Shown: positions 24,393 to 38,700, counted from the stretch's first letter. The stretch is DNA of 64,000 bases from Eledone cirrhosa (GCA_964016885.1 OZ024742.1:206646001-206710000); one strand, 5' to 3'. Notes: generated by a model not told the origin, from the sequence alone. Numbers and translations are program-made.

Positions 24393-26129
24393 CTTGCATA
24401 ATAGTTATATAATAAAGGAATAATAGTAAACACAATCCAAGAGGCTACAAAAAAACAAAGAAAAATGTTTTTGACTAAAAGGCAATCAAGAGGGCCAGTT
24501 GTTGTCAGCTTGACTAGCCACCTTCGAGTGAGGATTCTCATCATTTTTGTCTTAGGGAGTTGTATGCTTAGTATGCATTAATGGCTGGGTGGTAGTAGTA
24601 TTACTACCACCCTGCCATTCACTGCTATTTGGACATATGCTAGTGGCAAAGACGATCAGGTTACAGAAAAAAATGTTCAGCTGGGGAGGGGGGGGGGGGT
24701 CAGCCTAAAGTTCTGTAAAAATATAGTGGACTGAGTGGGAATTCAGAACTAGGGCCTAAAAAATTTAAAGGTAAAATTTAAAGTTAAGATTAAAGATTAA
24801 AAATGTAAAATTTAAGTTTAAAATTTAAAGGTTTAATTAAAGAATTAGGAGAAGGATGCATTTATGTAAAAATTAAAAATATCTTTGATAGTCATAATGA
24901 ATGTCACATTCCATCACTGTGTTTGTGATGTAGAGAAACAATTGTGGCTTGTCTTTTGTTAGCTTCTGAGATAATGGCTTCACAGTCACCACAGGTTCAT
25001 AAGCCCATGTACTGGGTGCACATATGTATGTCATCATCATCACCGTTTAATGTCTATTATCCATGCTAGCATGGGTTAGATGAGTTGTCCTGTTGTGAGA
25101 CAAGTCAGATCAGATGATTATGTTTTTCTCTTACAGAATTGTTTCTGGCTTGGTTTCTACAGTTAGATGCCCTTCCACATTAAAAGTGTGTATAACACAG
25201 TTGGATAACACCAACCACATTCAAAGTGTTGTTTGGGTACTTTTTATCGTGGCACCAAAACAACCAATTGACAGGTTGGACTCGGCACATTTTCATTGTC
25301 ACCAGTATGATCACCTTACAGGGTGGACCAGTGTTTTTTATCATGTCACCAATATGAGCACTTTGCAGGATGGGCTGGGTAAATTTTGTCTGAACATGTT
25401 CTGTCTACCAAATTTCACTCTCTATAGCATTGAGCAGCCTGAGGTTTTATCAAAGGTACCAGACAGTAGGGCTGAATCCAAACCCACACAGTTGCAAAAT
25501 GAACTCCTTAATCACATAACTGAAGGTCTTTCTGACATTTTAGTTATTAAATTCATATATCTGAGTTTTGTAAATGTTTTCTTTTCACTTAAAAAATGGA
25601 TGGGGTGGTATTATGATTCCTCAGATATACTTGGCAGAAAGAGGAAAAAGATTGTATTGCAGCAAAAATGCATTCTTTGATTTTTATCTCCATCTTTTTA
25701 TTTTCGTTACCAGCCTCTCTCATTTGAGTATATATGTGTGTGTGGGGGGTGGGGGTGAATATAAGTGTTTTAAAATATTATTACCATTATTGTTATTTAT
25801 TTTCAGTTTGCCTCCTATTATCATCCTGATCATTTAAATTGTGATGATGATATATAAGTATATTTATGTATATATATATATATACGTTCACATACATACA
25901 CAGATACATGTTTATTTGTATATATAAATACACATGTAGGAATAGATAGAAATAAAAGCTTAAAATAAATAAATCATAATTAATTACTAAACCCTTAAAA
26001 GGCAAAAACTGATAATCGAAAATAATGAATAAAATAAAAACATTTATTGTTATTGAAAGAATTTAGGATTTGGGTTATTATGGAACTTTCTGGCTTATCT
26101 TATCTATAGATTTCCTGCAAACACAAATG

Positions 26130-26310
26130 TCTTTAAAATCTAAAGTCTGCCTGAAGCTCATTAGACTGGTTCTTTCCCTGGTTTCCTTGGCATTAAGTGA
26201 CTGACACTGCAAGACACTCCTCTGGATAGGATGCCAGCCCATCCCAGGGTTAAACCCCCAGTTACTTCTGGTACTCATTTTTAACTGAGTGTACTGGAGC
26301 AACAGGGAAT
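26130..26310. mobile_element. Probable SINE-like interspersed repeat
   Basis: GC-richer block ending GGTACTCATTTTTAACTGAGTGTACTGGAGCAAC, typical of reverse SINE bodies; family not determined. Confidence 0.35.
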
Positions 26311-27394
26311 CATCGCCATTGTTTAATCTCTATTTTCCATGCTAGCATTGATTAGATGTGTTGCCATGTTATGAGGCTTGCCAGGTCAGGTGATCACACC
26401 CTATTCATAGAAATCTGTTTTAGACTTAGTTTTCTATGGCCAGATGCTCTTCCTAATGCTAAGAGATAAAGAGTTAAAATATCTTTGAATGTATTAGAAG
26501 AAATATCATTACAAAGTTGTTTCATGTCTTAGTCTTTGTCTGTGTATCTACCTAAGTGTTTGCCTACCTGTAAACCTTTCTTTCGGCCAATTTATTTTTT
26601 TCAGTATATATCTAGTCTGTCGCTGAATGCCTTAGTCTATCTCTTCAAATCTGCTCCTTGTTCTATCGTTATATGTTCCTGTGTCATCTACATAAAAGAT
26701 TGAGCCAATAATGAAGTGACATTGAAGAGACTGTTTAGTCAAGTCAGTTGACACTTCTCACTCACAATGTCATCCTCCTATTAAGTTAGCAAAAAATAAA
26801 CAAAAGCAAAAAAAACATGTTTTTGGTCTGTAAATCCTGTTTATGGTTGAAGAAAACGTTGGATTAAGGAGAAACCTGAGCAATGAATTTACTTGTGTTA
26901 GCAGAGATGAACCAGCTTTCAAGCAGCAGTTCCTATGGTAAGAAAAATCCTCAAGATGATGGGTATCACATACTGGTTGCAGTTACCAGATGTATATTGA
27001 GGTTTGTCTTGAAGTTATTCTGTGTTGGAATATGTCTTCAAGCTAACTCACGAGTCTGTCTTGAAGTTGAGATTCTGTGTTAGAATATGTCTTCAAGCTA
27101 ATTTACCTGGTCAACTGTTGATCACAGACAAGTTCACCACAAGTTCACAATGCTGGAACATATGCTACAAATCATTTTAGCCAACGCTCTAACAATTCTC
27201 TCAATTTATTGCTCTGGTCTGGTACTTAATTTTACCAACTGAAATGAATGAAAAGCAAAAAAGACTTTGGTTGAATTTGAACTCAGAATGTGAAGAACTA
27301 GAACAAAAACTGCAAAGCATTTTGTGTAATGCCCTAAACATTTCACCAATAACAATGACACCAATAGCAATGATATCATCAGTATGTCATCAAT

Positions 27395-27955
27395 AAAGAA
27401 GTCTCTACATGGTCGGTCGAACTGCTAGAAATGGCAGTCCTATTTCCCTCAAATCACATATTAGCATCTCAAAAGAGGTTGCATTTGATGTTATAGTCTA
27501 GGATTTGCAGAACTTCAGACAAAGGTTATGTCATAACTAGAATACCTTTGATCATAGGTTTTCTCAATAAAGGCTGACCTGAGGCTAATTAATAACAACT
27601 GCAATAACAATGGCAACAACAATGATATCAATAATTTCAACAATAGTGATTACAAACACAATAATGGTGGCAACAAGAACAACAATGGTGACAACAACAA
27701 TAATTTCAAAAGCAATGATGACAACAACTGAAATACTAATAATATAGTAACTTGACATACTAGAAATAGCAACCAACTAACCCTCAAATCACACACACTC
27801 AGTTTAAAATGTGAAAGGATATACTGGATAATATAGTACAGGAGTAAACACTGTATGGCTGCCTTACCCACCCCCAAAAGCCAGATAGGTTGTCTACAGC
27901 TAGAATGTCTTTGATCAAAGGTCTGTGCAATTAGGGGTGACCTGTGGTTAAGCAA
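27395..27955 (+). repeat. Two copies of a short interspersed repeat separated by an (ACA/ATA)n low-complexity tract
   Basis: CTAGAAAT.GCA...CCCTCAAATCACA...AGAAT..CTTTGATCA..GGT...TGACCT at about 27420-27590 and 27760-27950; related sequence at 55790-55950. Confidence 0.55.
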
Positions 27956-28809
27956 CAGAAGTAATAACAACTATAACAGTAACAATGGTTAATTAAAAGA
28001 AAGTAGAAATCTTGTGAGGCCATACTAGCAGTGTGATGCAATAGCAATCATTTGTTACGTCAATACTGCAAGGTAACAGCAGTAGCTGCGACAGCATCAG
28101 CAGTAATGACAACATCAGAGAGATAAAATGCAGCATTGCATTGCAACAACACCAGCATTGGAAACAATTATTACTTGGATTATCTAAAAAAATATCTAAA
28201 AGAAATAAAATCCCACTCATACACCCAACTAACCATTAAATTCTCCTTACTCCTCCACTTCTGCATCAATCTCATGATATTGAAATGTGCAGTAATGACA
28301 TGTAATAATCTATACTGCACTATATCACTGCATTACACCAACAAAAAATGCACTTGTGTAATTGTAGTGAATTAAAAATGATAAAAAAAGAAAATGGTGT
28401 GAAGACAGAAAGGTCTCCATCACTATCATCCCCTTCACACTCCCCTCTCTCGCATCTCTCTCTGCAACTTATGAATGAAAATTATGATTGTAATTGTGTG
28501 TTGCATACTTCATTATAGTTTAATTTCACATTTTACCTTTTCTTTCTGCAGTTTGGAAATCTGTGCTGCTTTCTGTATTCTAATGCACAACTGTGCATTA
28601 AAATACAGAATTAGCACTGACACTGGGGTGGGGGTGGGTAGCATATGTAGTTTAGAAGGATGCTTTGCAACAGTCTGTTTCCAGATTATATCATAAAGCT
28701 GCCCATCTCCTTTTGCAAATGACTTCTACCTTAGCTATGGAGTGACTAATGCCACATAAGTGGAATTTGTCAGATGAAACTGCACAAAAGCCTAGTGTGT
28801 ATATATATA

Positions 28810-30646
28810 TAACCTCACATATTGTTAACCAGGTAATACTAGAAGGTGTCTTACCAAAGGATTGGTGCAGTAGCATCACTGTCAACTGCTACAAAGGTAA
28901 AGGTGATGCACTAGATAGAGGAAACTATAGAGGTATAAAGCTGATGGACCAGGTCATGAAAGTAACAGAAAGAGTTATAGCACAGTTGATTAGGCACCGG
29001 GTGGAACTAGATGAGATGCAATTTGGGTTTGTGCCAGGAAGAGGCACCACTGATGCCCTCTTCCTTGTGAGGCAGTTAAAGGAAAAGTACCTAGCTAAAA
29101 GTAAGCCACTCTACCTGGCATTTGCCGATCTGGAGAAAGCCTTTGACAGAGTTCCCCATGCTATAATCTTGTGGGCTCTTAGAAAACTAGAAGTAGATGA
29201 ATGGCTTGTGAAAGTTGTACAAGCTGTACAAGGGGAGCAGTCAGCAAAGTTAGGATTAGCAATGACTATAGCGAGGAATTTAGCATACAGGTTGGTGTCC
29301 ACCAGGGTTCTGTTCTTAGCTCTATCCTGTTCATCATAGTTCTGCAGGCAATAACGGAGGATTTTAAGACAGGATACCCAAGGGAGCTCCTGTGTGCAGA
29401 TGACCTCGCACTTATAGCTGAATCTATGGTAGAACTAGAGAAGAAATTCCAAACTTAGAAGCAGGGACTAGAAAGAAAGGGTTTCAAAGTCAACCTGACA
29501 AAGACTAAGGTCCTTGTAAGTAGACGAGAAAAGAGAACCCAGATTCCCTCAGGGAAATGGCCTTGCTCATTATGTAGGAAAGGTGTAGGTAGGAACTCCA
29601 TTATCTGCTCCAAATGCAAACAATGGGTACATAAGAGATGTAGCGAGATCTCAGGAAGCTTAACTAATAATGTAGGCTTCACATGTAGCAGCTGTGCTGG
29701 GATAGCAAGCAGCAAACAACCACAGGAAACAAGTACCACCAAACTCTGGGAGGGCTCTGTAGAAACAGTAGACAGCTTCTGTTACCTAGGTGACCAAATT
29801 AGCAGCGGAGGTGGGTGTTCAGAAAGTACAATAACTAGGGTAAGAACGGGATGAAAGAAGTTTAGGGAGCTACTGCCACTGCTAGTTGCAAAATGAAAGG
29901 CAGACTGCATGATGCGTGTATCCAAACAGCAATGTTACATGGTAGTGACACCTGGGCGCTGTCTGTGGAAGACTTGCGTAGATTAGAAAGAAACGAAGCC
30001 TGCATGTTCCGATGGATGTGTAATAGTAATATACGGCAAAGCATAAATGAATTGAGAGAGAGACTGAGCATAAGAGGAATCAAATGCTGTGTGCAGGAGA
30101 GGCGGTTGCATTGGTATGGACATATGATGCGTATGAAGGATGACAGCTGCATAAAAAGGTCAGAGCACTAGAAGTTAATGGAAGTTGCAGAGTGGGAAGA
30201 CTCAAGAAGACCTGGGATGAGATGATGAAAGCTGACCTTACCCAATTACACCTCTCAAAGGCGATGACACACGACCGTGACCTCTGGCGTCACCCAGTAA
30301 TACAGAAGACCCGACCCCCTCACGGGTACAAGCTGAAGCTGAAGCATATAGACAATATGCCCCCACTCCCTCCCACTGTAAAGTGGTCATGAAGGTGCCA
30401 CGGCAAAAAAGCACCCAGCCCACACTTTAAAGTGGACGTGTAGGTGCCACGGAAAAAAAGCATGCAGCACTCACTGTAAATGAGGTTGGTGTTAGGAAGG
30501 GCATCCAGCTGTAGAAATCAAGCCAGAATCAGTTCCCGTATGAGCAAGGCATGGTCAGTTGACTGGACACTGCCCACAACAGGAAAACCCGTCTAACCCA
30601 TGCTAGCATGGAAGAATGGACGTAAACCGGTGATGATGATGATGAT
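28810..30646 (+). mobile_element. 5'-truncated RTE-clade LINE with long 3' UTR and (GAT)n tail
   Basis: YKGKGD..RGNYRGIKL, QFGFVPGRGTTDA, DLEKAFDRV, GVHQGSVLS, ADDL; CATGCTAGCATG palindrome before the TGA tail. Confidence 0.92.
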
Positions 30647-31342
30647 ATAATAAATATCTATGCTAAAACACAACATATATTAGATAATATTAAGGTAAAT
30701 ATAATGTAGATATAACTACAAATTTTGAATTAGCAGTCTTTGTTGTGCATAGAATGAAGTGTAAGTAGTGTCCGGTGCAGATAAATAACATAAGATATTG
30801 CTGATATGCATATCAGAGATTTTTGTTTCATCGGAATGTAACTACTTCATGATTTGGTACAGAGAGGAATCTTACAGTAGCACCAATAATATGTCAAGCA
30901 TGATGTAGAATATAGCTGAAATTGTCTGGCTATTTTGTATGGTGTATTAAGCAACATGATTAATTAAATGGTAAATATTTATGCTAGTACATAAGATTTA
31001 AGGAAAATATCTAGGATTGTCTCACTTCTTTTCTGTTTAATAGTAAACATAGACAAGCTTCATGACACATCAAAATGTGCTCCAGTTAACAAACAATGAC
31101 AGTTATAATTGTTCACTTGACCCATCTAAATCCCCTTCAAATTACACCATAGTATCTTTTTAAAAACATTGGATAACATAGCCAGAAAACCAAACCATGG
31201 CTATAACTTGGAATCATGGTTGACTTGGTAGCATGTATCATGCTTTTGTAAATTATTTTTGTAAATTATTGTATTTGCAAGGAGACATGAACACTTTCTC
31301 AACTCTCTCACACTTCACCTATTGCAATATCCAGGATGTGTT

Positions 31343-31407
31343 GAGAGAGAGATAGAGAGAGAGAGAGAGAAAGAGGGAGAGGGAGAGAGAGAGATATATA
31401 TATAGAC

Positions 31408-31444
<37 letters not shown>

Positions 31445-31459
31445 GAGATATATATAGAC

Positions 31460-31491
<32 letters not shown>

Positions 31492-31512
31492 GGAGAGGGA
31501 GAGAGAGAGAGA
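31343..31512. repeat. (GA)n microsatellite
   Basis: Direct read. Confidence 0.95.
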
Positions 31513-31647
31513 ATGGGTTGTAACAGCACTGGGCTGGTACTTCATCAACCCCCATAGGTGAAATAAATCAAGGTAGGATTTCAATGCAAAGTGCAAGAGT
31601 TGGTACAAATATTAATGACTTTAACAACTCTGCTGAATCAACTCCTT

Positions 31648-32520
31648 TATCATTATCATTTTACGTCTGCTTTTCCCTGCTTGCAAGGGTGGGACGGGTC
31701 CTTTTCAGCATGGTATCTCTCCATTTGGCACTGTCCTTTGTCATCTCCTCTGTGAAATTCAGCGATCTGAGGTCAGCTCTCACCAACTCCGCCCATGTTT
31801 TTCGTGGTCTTCCTCTACTGCATCTTCCTTCTACTGGGATTTCTTGGCACTTCTTTATTCAGCGGTCATCCTGCATGCACATCACATGTCCATACCATCA
31901 CAGTCTTCTTTCCCGCACACTACAACTTATCTCTCTTAAACACAGCTTCTCTCTCAACACATCCATGCTCGGTGGCTCACGCACATTGACATTGCACATC
32001 CAACGGAACATGCTTGCTTCATTTCTCTCCAGCTGTTGCATATCCTCTGCAGTTGCTGCCCATGTCTCACTACCATGCAGCATCATGCACCTCACACAGG
32101 CATCATATAACCAGCCTTTCATTCATAGGGAGGAACCCTTCTTTGTCAACAGAGGAAGCAGCTCCCTAAACTTCTTCCAACCCGTCCTTATTCTAGATAC
32201 TATGGCCTCGGAGCACCCTCCTCCCTCGGTAATCTGATCACCTAGGTATCAGAACCTATCAACCACCTCTATAGATCCTACCTGTATTTGAAAAATATGT
32301 CTATAACTGCGACTTCTACTGTGAAATTTCCCTGTACAACTACTGCATACATAATTTTCCCTACCTGTTAGTTTGCCTGCTATCCCACTACATCTCTTGT
32401 GTACCCAGGATCTGGATTGTGTACATTCTATAAAATTTATGCCAACTCCTTTTCTACATATTGAACATGGCCATTTCCCTGATGGAATCAGATTTTTGAC
32501 CTCTTTCCTACTTATCAACC
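31648..32520 (-). mobile_element. RTE-clade LINE 3' fragment (short 3' UTR subfamily)
   Basis: SGKWPCSICRKGVG..C..C..WVHKRCSGI and LYDACVR.MMLHGSETW; a second copy of the same 3' end lies at 34565-34920. Confidence 0.85.
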
Positions 32521-32569
32521 CTTTTTAGTCTTTTTTTGATACATATCAAACTAAACATGCCCACACATG

Positions 32570-32605
<36 letters not shown>

Positions 32606-33046
32606 TTATATATATGTATATATACACAGACAGACAAACAGACATAAACATTCACATACATACACACACCCACACAAACACACACGCATACACAGGGAAA
32701 ATCGGACGTAAAATGATGATGAAGATGATGATGATACACATGTACATGTACATACATCTTCAAATGGAATATTGAATAGCAGGCCTTTTATTTTTCATTT
32801 TCCAGTCCTGCCAGAGTAGGACAAACCCCCTTTCAACTCCCCCAACACCCATGTGCCCACATTACATTCACATCCACCATCTACCTTTCCTCTCTATACG
32901 CCCACTACACATGCCCCAGATATGTATATTTATGGTCTGCTGACTATATAAGACAGATGTTATTTAATATCCTTTTGGAAAATGTACACAATTATGAGAG
33001 AGCAAGAGATAGATCAGGGTGGTGGTGGGGAGGGGAAGACAGCTAA

Positions 33047-33653
<607 letters not shown>

Positions 33654-33834
33654 CACAGTGTGTTTTTTTGTCATGACACCTACACAATCTCATTATCTCA
33701 TTTATTTGGACTGGATGTTGTGGTACCAACTTTACAGAGAGAGGGTGGTGTTGGTGGGAGTGGGAGGATAGGGTAGGGGTAGTGGATTGGGGATATACTT
33801 ATATATATAAATATATATATATAAATAAATATAC

Positions 33835-34048
33835 ACGGGTGTGCATGATTGTGTATAGAAGATTATATTAATAAAAGGAATTCCAACTATGTCTGATTAT
33901 AACGTTTTATTTACAATCCTTTAAAATTATAATGATATTATAATGAAATAGGATGGTAGAATATTAAATGTTAAATGTTAATTGAACAAGTACTTTCATG
34001 CTTTCGCAATCTTCAGGTTCATATTCAGTGGTGACAGTCAAGTTTGGA
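33835..34048 (-). mobile_element. Solo Penelope-like terminal repeat (pLTR) fragment
   Basis: Reverse complement of 42255-42455. Confidence 0.8.
33983..34021 (-). ncRNA. Minimal type I hammerhead ribozyme
   Basis: Reverse complement reads TGAAC-CTGAAGA-TTGCGAAAGCAT-GAAA-GTAC-TT-GTTCA, identical to 42283-42321. Confidence 0.75.
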
Positions 34049-34069
34049 ATATATATATATATATATGTA

Positions 34070-34428
34070 TATCCTCAATCCACTACCCAACCCTATCCTC
34101 CCACTCCCACCAACACCACCTTCTCTCTGTAAAGTTGGTACCACAACATCCAGTCCAAATAAATGAGATAATGAGATTCTGTAGGTGTCACGACAAGAAA
34201 ACACACAATCCACGCTGTAATATGGCCGTGTAGGTAACATGGTAAAAAGTTCCCAGTTCCACACTGTAAATGTGGTTGGTGCTAGGAAGGGCATCCGGCC
34301 GTAGAAAACCTGCCAAATAGTCCTATATGAGCGAGACACGGTCACCCGACCAACCTTGCCTCAAGTGGGACAATTCCCATCTAACCCATACTAGCGTGGA
34401 AGATGGACGTTAAACGAAGATGATCATG
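34070..34428 (+). mobile_element. RTE 3' UTR fragment
   Basis: Similar to 38670-38850 and 30470-30646; ends GGACGTTAAAC..GATGAT. Confidence 0.7.
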
Positions 34429-34461
34429 ATATATATATATACATATGTATATATATACATA

Positions 34462-34514
<53 letters not shown>

Positions 34515-34564
34515 GTGTATATATGTATATATGTATATATATATATATACATATACATATGTAT

Positions 34565-34920
34565 ATCATCATTATCATTTAACGTCCACTTTTTCCTGCT
34601 TGCAAGGGTGGGACGGGTCCTATTCAGCACAGCATCTCTCCACTTGTCGCGGTCCATTGTCATCTCCTCCGTGAGTTTCAGTGATCTGAAGTCTGCTCTC
34701 ACCACCTCCGCCATGTTTTTCGTGGTCTTCCTCTACTGCATCTTCCTTCTACTGGGATTTCTTGGCACTTCTTTACCCAGCGGTCATCCTCCATGCACAT
34801 CACATGTCCATACCATCTCAGCCTTCAATCCTACACACCACTAATTATCCCTCTTATAGCCAGTTTCTTTCTCAACTCATCTATGCTTGGTCGTTCACGC
34901 ACATTGACATTGCACATTCA
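34565..34920 (-). mobile_element. RTE 3' end fragment between (TA)n tracts
   Basis: Near-identical to 31648-32000. Confidence 0.8.
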
Positions 34921-34979
34921 ATGTATATATATATATATATGTATATACATAGTTATACCTTTATATATATGTGTATATG

Positions 34980-35046
<67 letters not shown>

Positions 35047-35176
35047 GTATATATGTATATATATGTATATACATATGTATATATATATATACACACATGT
35101 ATATATGTATATATATGTATATACATATGTATATATATATATACACACATGTATATATGTATATATATGTATATAC

Positions 35177-35219
<43 letters not shown>

Positions 35220-35482
35220 CGTAGGTCCCGGGTTGAGTCGGGGATAACCACAGTAAGTAAGGTACTCAATACATGGCAGAGTAAAATTTTTTTATTTTAT
35301 TTTATAAAAGGAGCTTCTACAGGACTAGTACTGTTTCATTCAGATGAAATCTTCAGTACTAGTCCTGTAGAAGCTCTTTCTATAAAATAAAAAAATTTTA
35401 CTCTGCCATGTATTGAGTACCTTACTTACTGCTTCCTGAAGATTTCATCTGAATGAAACAGTACTAGTCCTGTAGAAGCTCC

Positions 35483-35487
<5 letters not shown>
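35220..35487. repeat. Inverted plus tandem repeat carrying hammerhead motifs (pLTR/retrozyme-like)
   Basis: Arms 35251-35333 and 35354-35431; 105-nt direct period (35354 and 35459); (TA)n on both sides. Confidence 0.8.
35431..35479 (+). ncRNA. Type I hammerhead ribozyme
   Basis: GCTTC-CTGAAGA-T-TTC-ATCT-GAA-T-GAAA-CAG-TACTAGTC-CTG-TA-GAAGC; all three stems pair, cleavage triplet GUA. Confidence 0.75.
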
Positions 35488-35524
<37 letters not shown>

Positions 35525-35580
35525 CAATTTAGTAGTCAAATACAATTATTAAGCTCTAAGAAAATACTTCTGAGCATTAC

Positions 35581-35715
35581 AGTACAATTTAAAAACATAT
35601 GATCAACACTAATGTGGTTTTTTTGCAAAAGGACAATAAAAAAAAAATTTTAAAAATTATTGTCATTTTGCAAAAAAAACACATTAGTGTTGATCATATT
35701 TTTTTAAATTGTACT
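35581..35715. mobile_element. Foldback MITE-like palindrome
   Basis: AGTACAATTTAAAAA...GATCAACACTAATGTG...GACAATAA mirrored by TTATTGTC...CACATTAGTGTTGATC...AAATTGTACT; arms of about 58 bp. Confidence 0.7.
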
Positions 35716-35743
35716 ATATATATATATATATGCATATGTAGAG

Positions 35744-38700
35744 ATGCTTGAACGTAAGGAAGTTGATGCTTGTAGCGTTCAAGAGACTAGGTGGAGGAGT
35801 AGGTCTGCTAGATTCATTGTGGGTAAAAAAAGGTGCTATAAACTTTTCTGGGTGGGAAATAAAAATGGGCTGGGTGGAGTAGGAATTATGTTAACAAAAA
35901 AATGGGTAGACAAGGTAATAGACGTAAATAGAGTGAACGACAGTATAATCAAAATAAGATTTGTCCTAAATAAAACTACTGTGACAATAATATCTGCTTA
36001 CACACTCTAATCTGAACTGCCTGGCTGTATAAAAAACAGATTCTATGAGTCGCTAATGCTCACTACTTCCCAACTAACCGACAGTGACTACATAATTATT
36101 GCTGTTGATCTAAATGGTCACGTTGAACAACATTGTGAGGCTAAGATGGAATCCATGGAGGCTACGGGTTTGGTACCAGAAATGAGGAAGGCTCCAAAAT
36201 CCTGGAATTCTTTGACGCTAATAACCTAACTATCTCTAACACAAACTTCAAAAAACGAGACAATCACTTGATTACCTATAGATCAGGGGAACACGCCAGC
36301 CAGATAGATTATATCCTTACCAGAAGACGTGACAAAGTGTCTGTTGTAAACACTAAATCCCTCCCCCCTGAAGAATGCACCTCCCAACATAGCCTCATAG
36401 TTAGTGACCTCATAGTCAGGACGAGACATACTCGACAACAGAGGAGGTCTTCCCTGAGAAGAAGAATATGGAACTTAAAGGACCCCACAACCAGTAACAA
36501 ATTTAAAAGCATATTACTTGATGCTTTAGACAGTAAGGAAGAGCAATTAGAGACGTACAATATAGAGGAACAGTGGGAATTCCTGAAAGTTAACCTGCTG
36601 AAGACGACAGATGAAATCCGTGGCTGCAGCAGACCTATAAGGCAGGAGGAGAGTAACATGGTGGTGGAACAGTAAGGTGGCGGAGTCAATCAAGCTTGGA
36701 AAGTATGGTGGGATGGGGAAAGTAGAGAACACTATCAAGTGGCCAGGAGGGAAGCTAGGCGACAAGTGTACTTTGCAAGAAGGGAAGCAGAGGAAAGAAA
36801 GTTCAAACATGTTCTACAACGTGAGGACCAAAAACGTGCCAAGGAAAACCGTGATATTTTCAAGGAGAAGTGTGTCCGTAATGATGATGGTATACTTTCC
36901 ATCACTGATGCTGATAAGAAGGTAGCTTGGAAGTGTCACTACGAGAGGCTACTAAATGAGGAGAATAAGTGGGAAAAAACATACGAAGGTAGTATAATAA
37001 GTAAAGCAATCAAAGATATGAAGACAGGCAAAGCAGCTGAGCCTTCGGAGATATTTGCTGAAATGCTGAAAGCATCTGGATCGGTGGGACACACTATGGT
37101 CACCCGGATAGTAAACCAAGTCATACAGAATGGGGTCATACCAAATTACTGGCGTAGCAGCATCATCATTAACTGCTACAAGGGTAAATGAAATGACCTA
37201 GATAGGGGAAACTATAGAGGTATTAAATTAATTGACCAGATCATAAAGGTCACAGAAAGAGTTATAGTGCAACTAATCAGAGAGTGAATTGATCTAAATG
37301 AAATGCAGTTTGGGTTTGTGTCAGGTAAAAGTACCATATACGCTCTTTTCCTTGTACGACAACTACGAGAGAAGTACCTAGCTAAAAGTAAACCCCTCTA
37401 CTTAGCTTTTGTAGACCTGGAGAAAGCTTTTGACAGAGTCCCCCGCTCCATTATCTGCTGGGCTCTTAGAAAACTAAGAGTAGATAAATGGCTTGTGAGA
37501 GCTATACAAGCCATGTATAAAGAAACAGTCAGCAAGGTTAGAATTAACAATGAATATTGTGAAGAATTTAGTGTAAAAGTTGGGGTTCATCAGGGCTCTG
37601 TCCTTAGCCCCCTCCTATTTATAATTGCCCTTCAGGCTATAACAGAGGAGTTCAAGACCGGCTGTCCATGGGTCTTCTCTATGCAGATGATCTAATGCTC
37701 ATAGCTGAATCGATGGCTGAACTAGAGAAGAAATTCCAAACATGGAAGCATGGCCTAGAATCGAAAGGCCTTAAAGTTAACTTGTCTAAGACTAAAGTTC
37801 TAGTATGTAGGAAGGAAAATAGGGCACTGGTCCCCTCTGGGAAATGGCTATGCTCAGTGTGTAGCAAAGAAGTAGGCAGAAGCTCCATTTATTGTCCGAA
37901 ATGCAAAGTATGGGTGCATAAAAGATGTAGTGGGATCACAGGTAAGCTAACTAAGAACATAGATTTTATATGTGGTCGGTGCTCAGGTGCAACAAGTAGC
38001 AAGTGCCCACAGGATACTAGCGCTTTCCATTGCCCAGATGGTTCTATAGAAATAGTGGGCACCTTCCGTTACCTGGGTGACAAAATCAATAGTGGTGGAG
38101 GTAGCTCTGAAAGTACAGTAGCCAGATTCAGAACGGGATGGAAAAAGTTCAGAGAGCTTATACTACTATTGGCCGCTAAAGATTTCTCTCTAAAAATGAA
38201 AGGCAGACTGTATGATGCCTGCATAAGAACAGCAATGTTACATGGCAGTGAGACCTGGGCATTGTGTGTAGAGGATCTGCGCAGACTGGAGAGGAACGAA
38301 GGTTGCATGCTCCGTTGGATGTGTAATAGTAATATACGTGAACGGCAAAGCATAAATGAACTAAGTGAGAAATTAGGAATAAGAGGGATCAGATACTGTT
38401 TACTCGAGAGAAGACTACGTTGGTATGGTCACGTGATGCGCATGAAATACAAGAGCATGGTGATCAAAATTGATGGTAGTTACGGAGTAAGCAGACCCAG
38501 CAAAACCTGGGACGATTTGATAAATTCCGACCTTACACACTTACACCTCTCTAAGACAATGTCACTGGACCGAGATCTTTGGTTTGGCGCTACACAGAAA
38601 TAGAGAAAACCCGTCTTGCCTAAGTACAAAGTGAAACCTACAGTCAGTAGGCACCTCCTAATCAAATATACACTCCCATTCCGCTACCCCAACTCCCCCA

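Noticed and set aside
25114-25680. 188-aa ORF
   Set aside because: Overlaps RTE 3' UTR-like repeats and SINE remnants; no protein motifs
26840-26945. Short open stretch ending at TG|GTAAG as a possible host exon
   Set aside because: No clear acceptor or recognisable peptide
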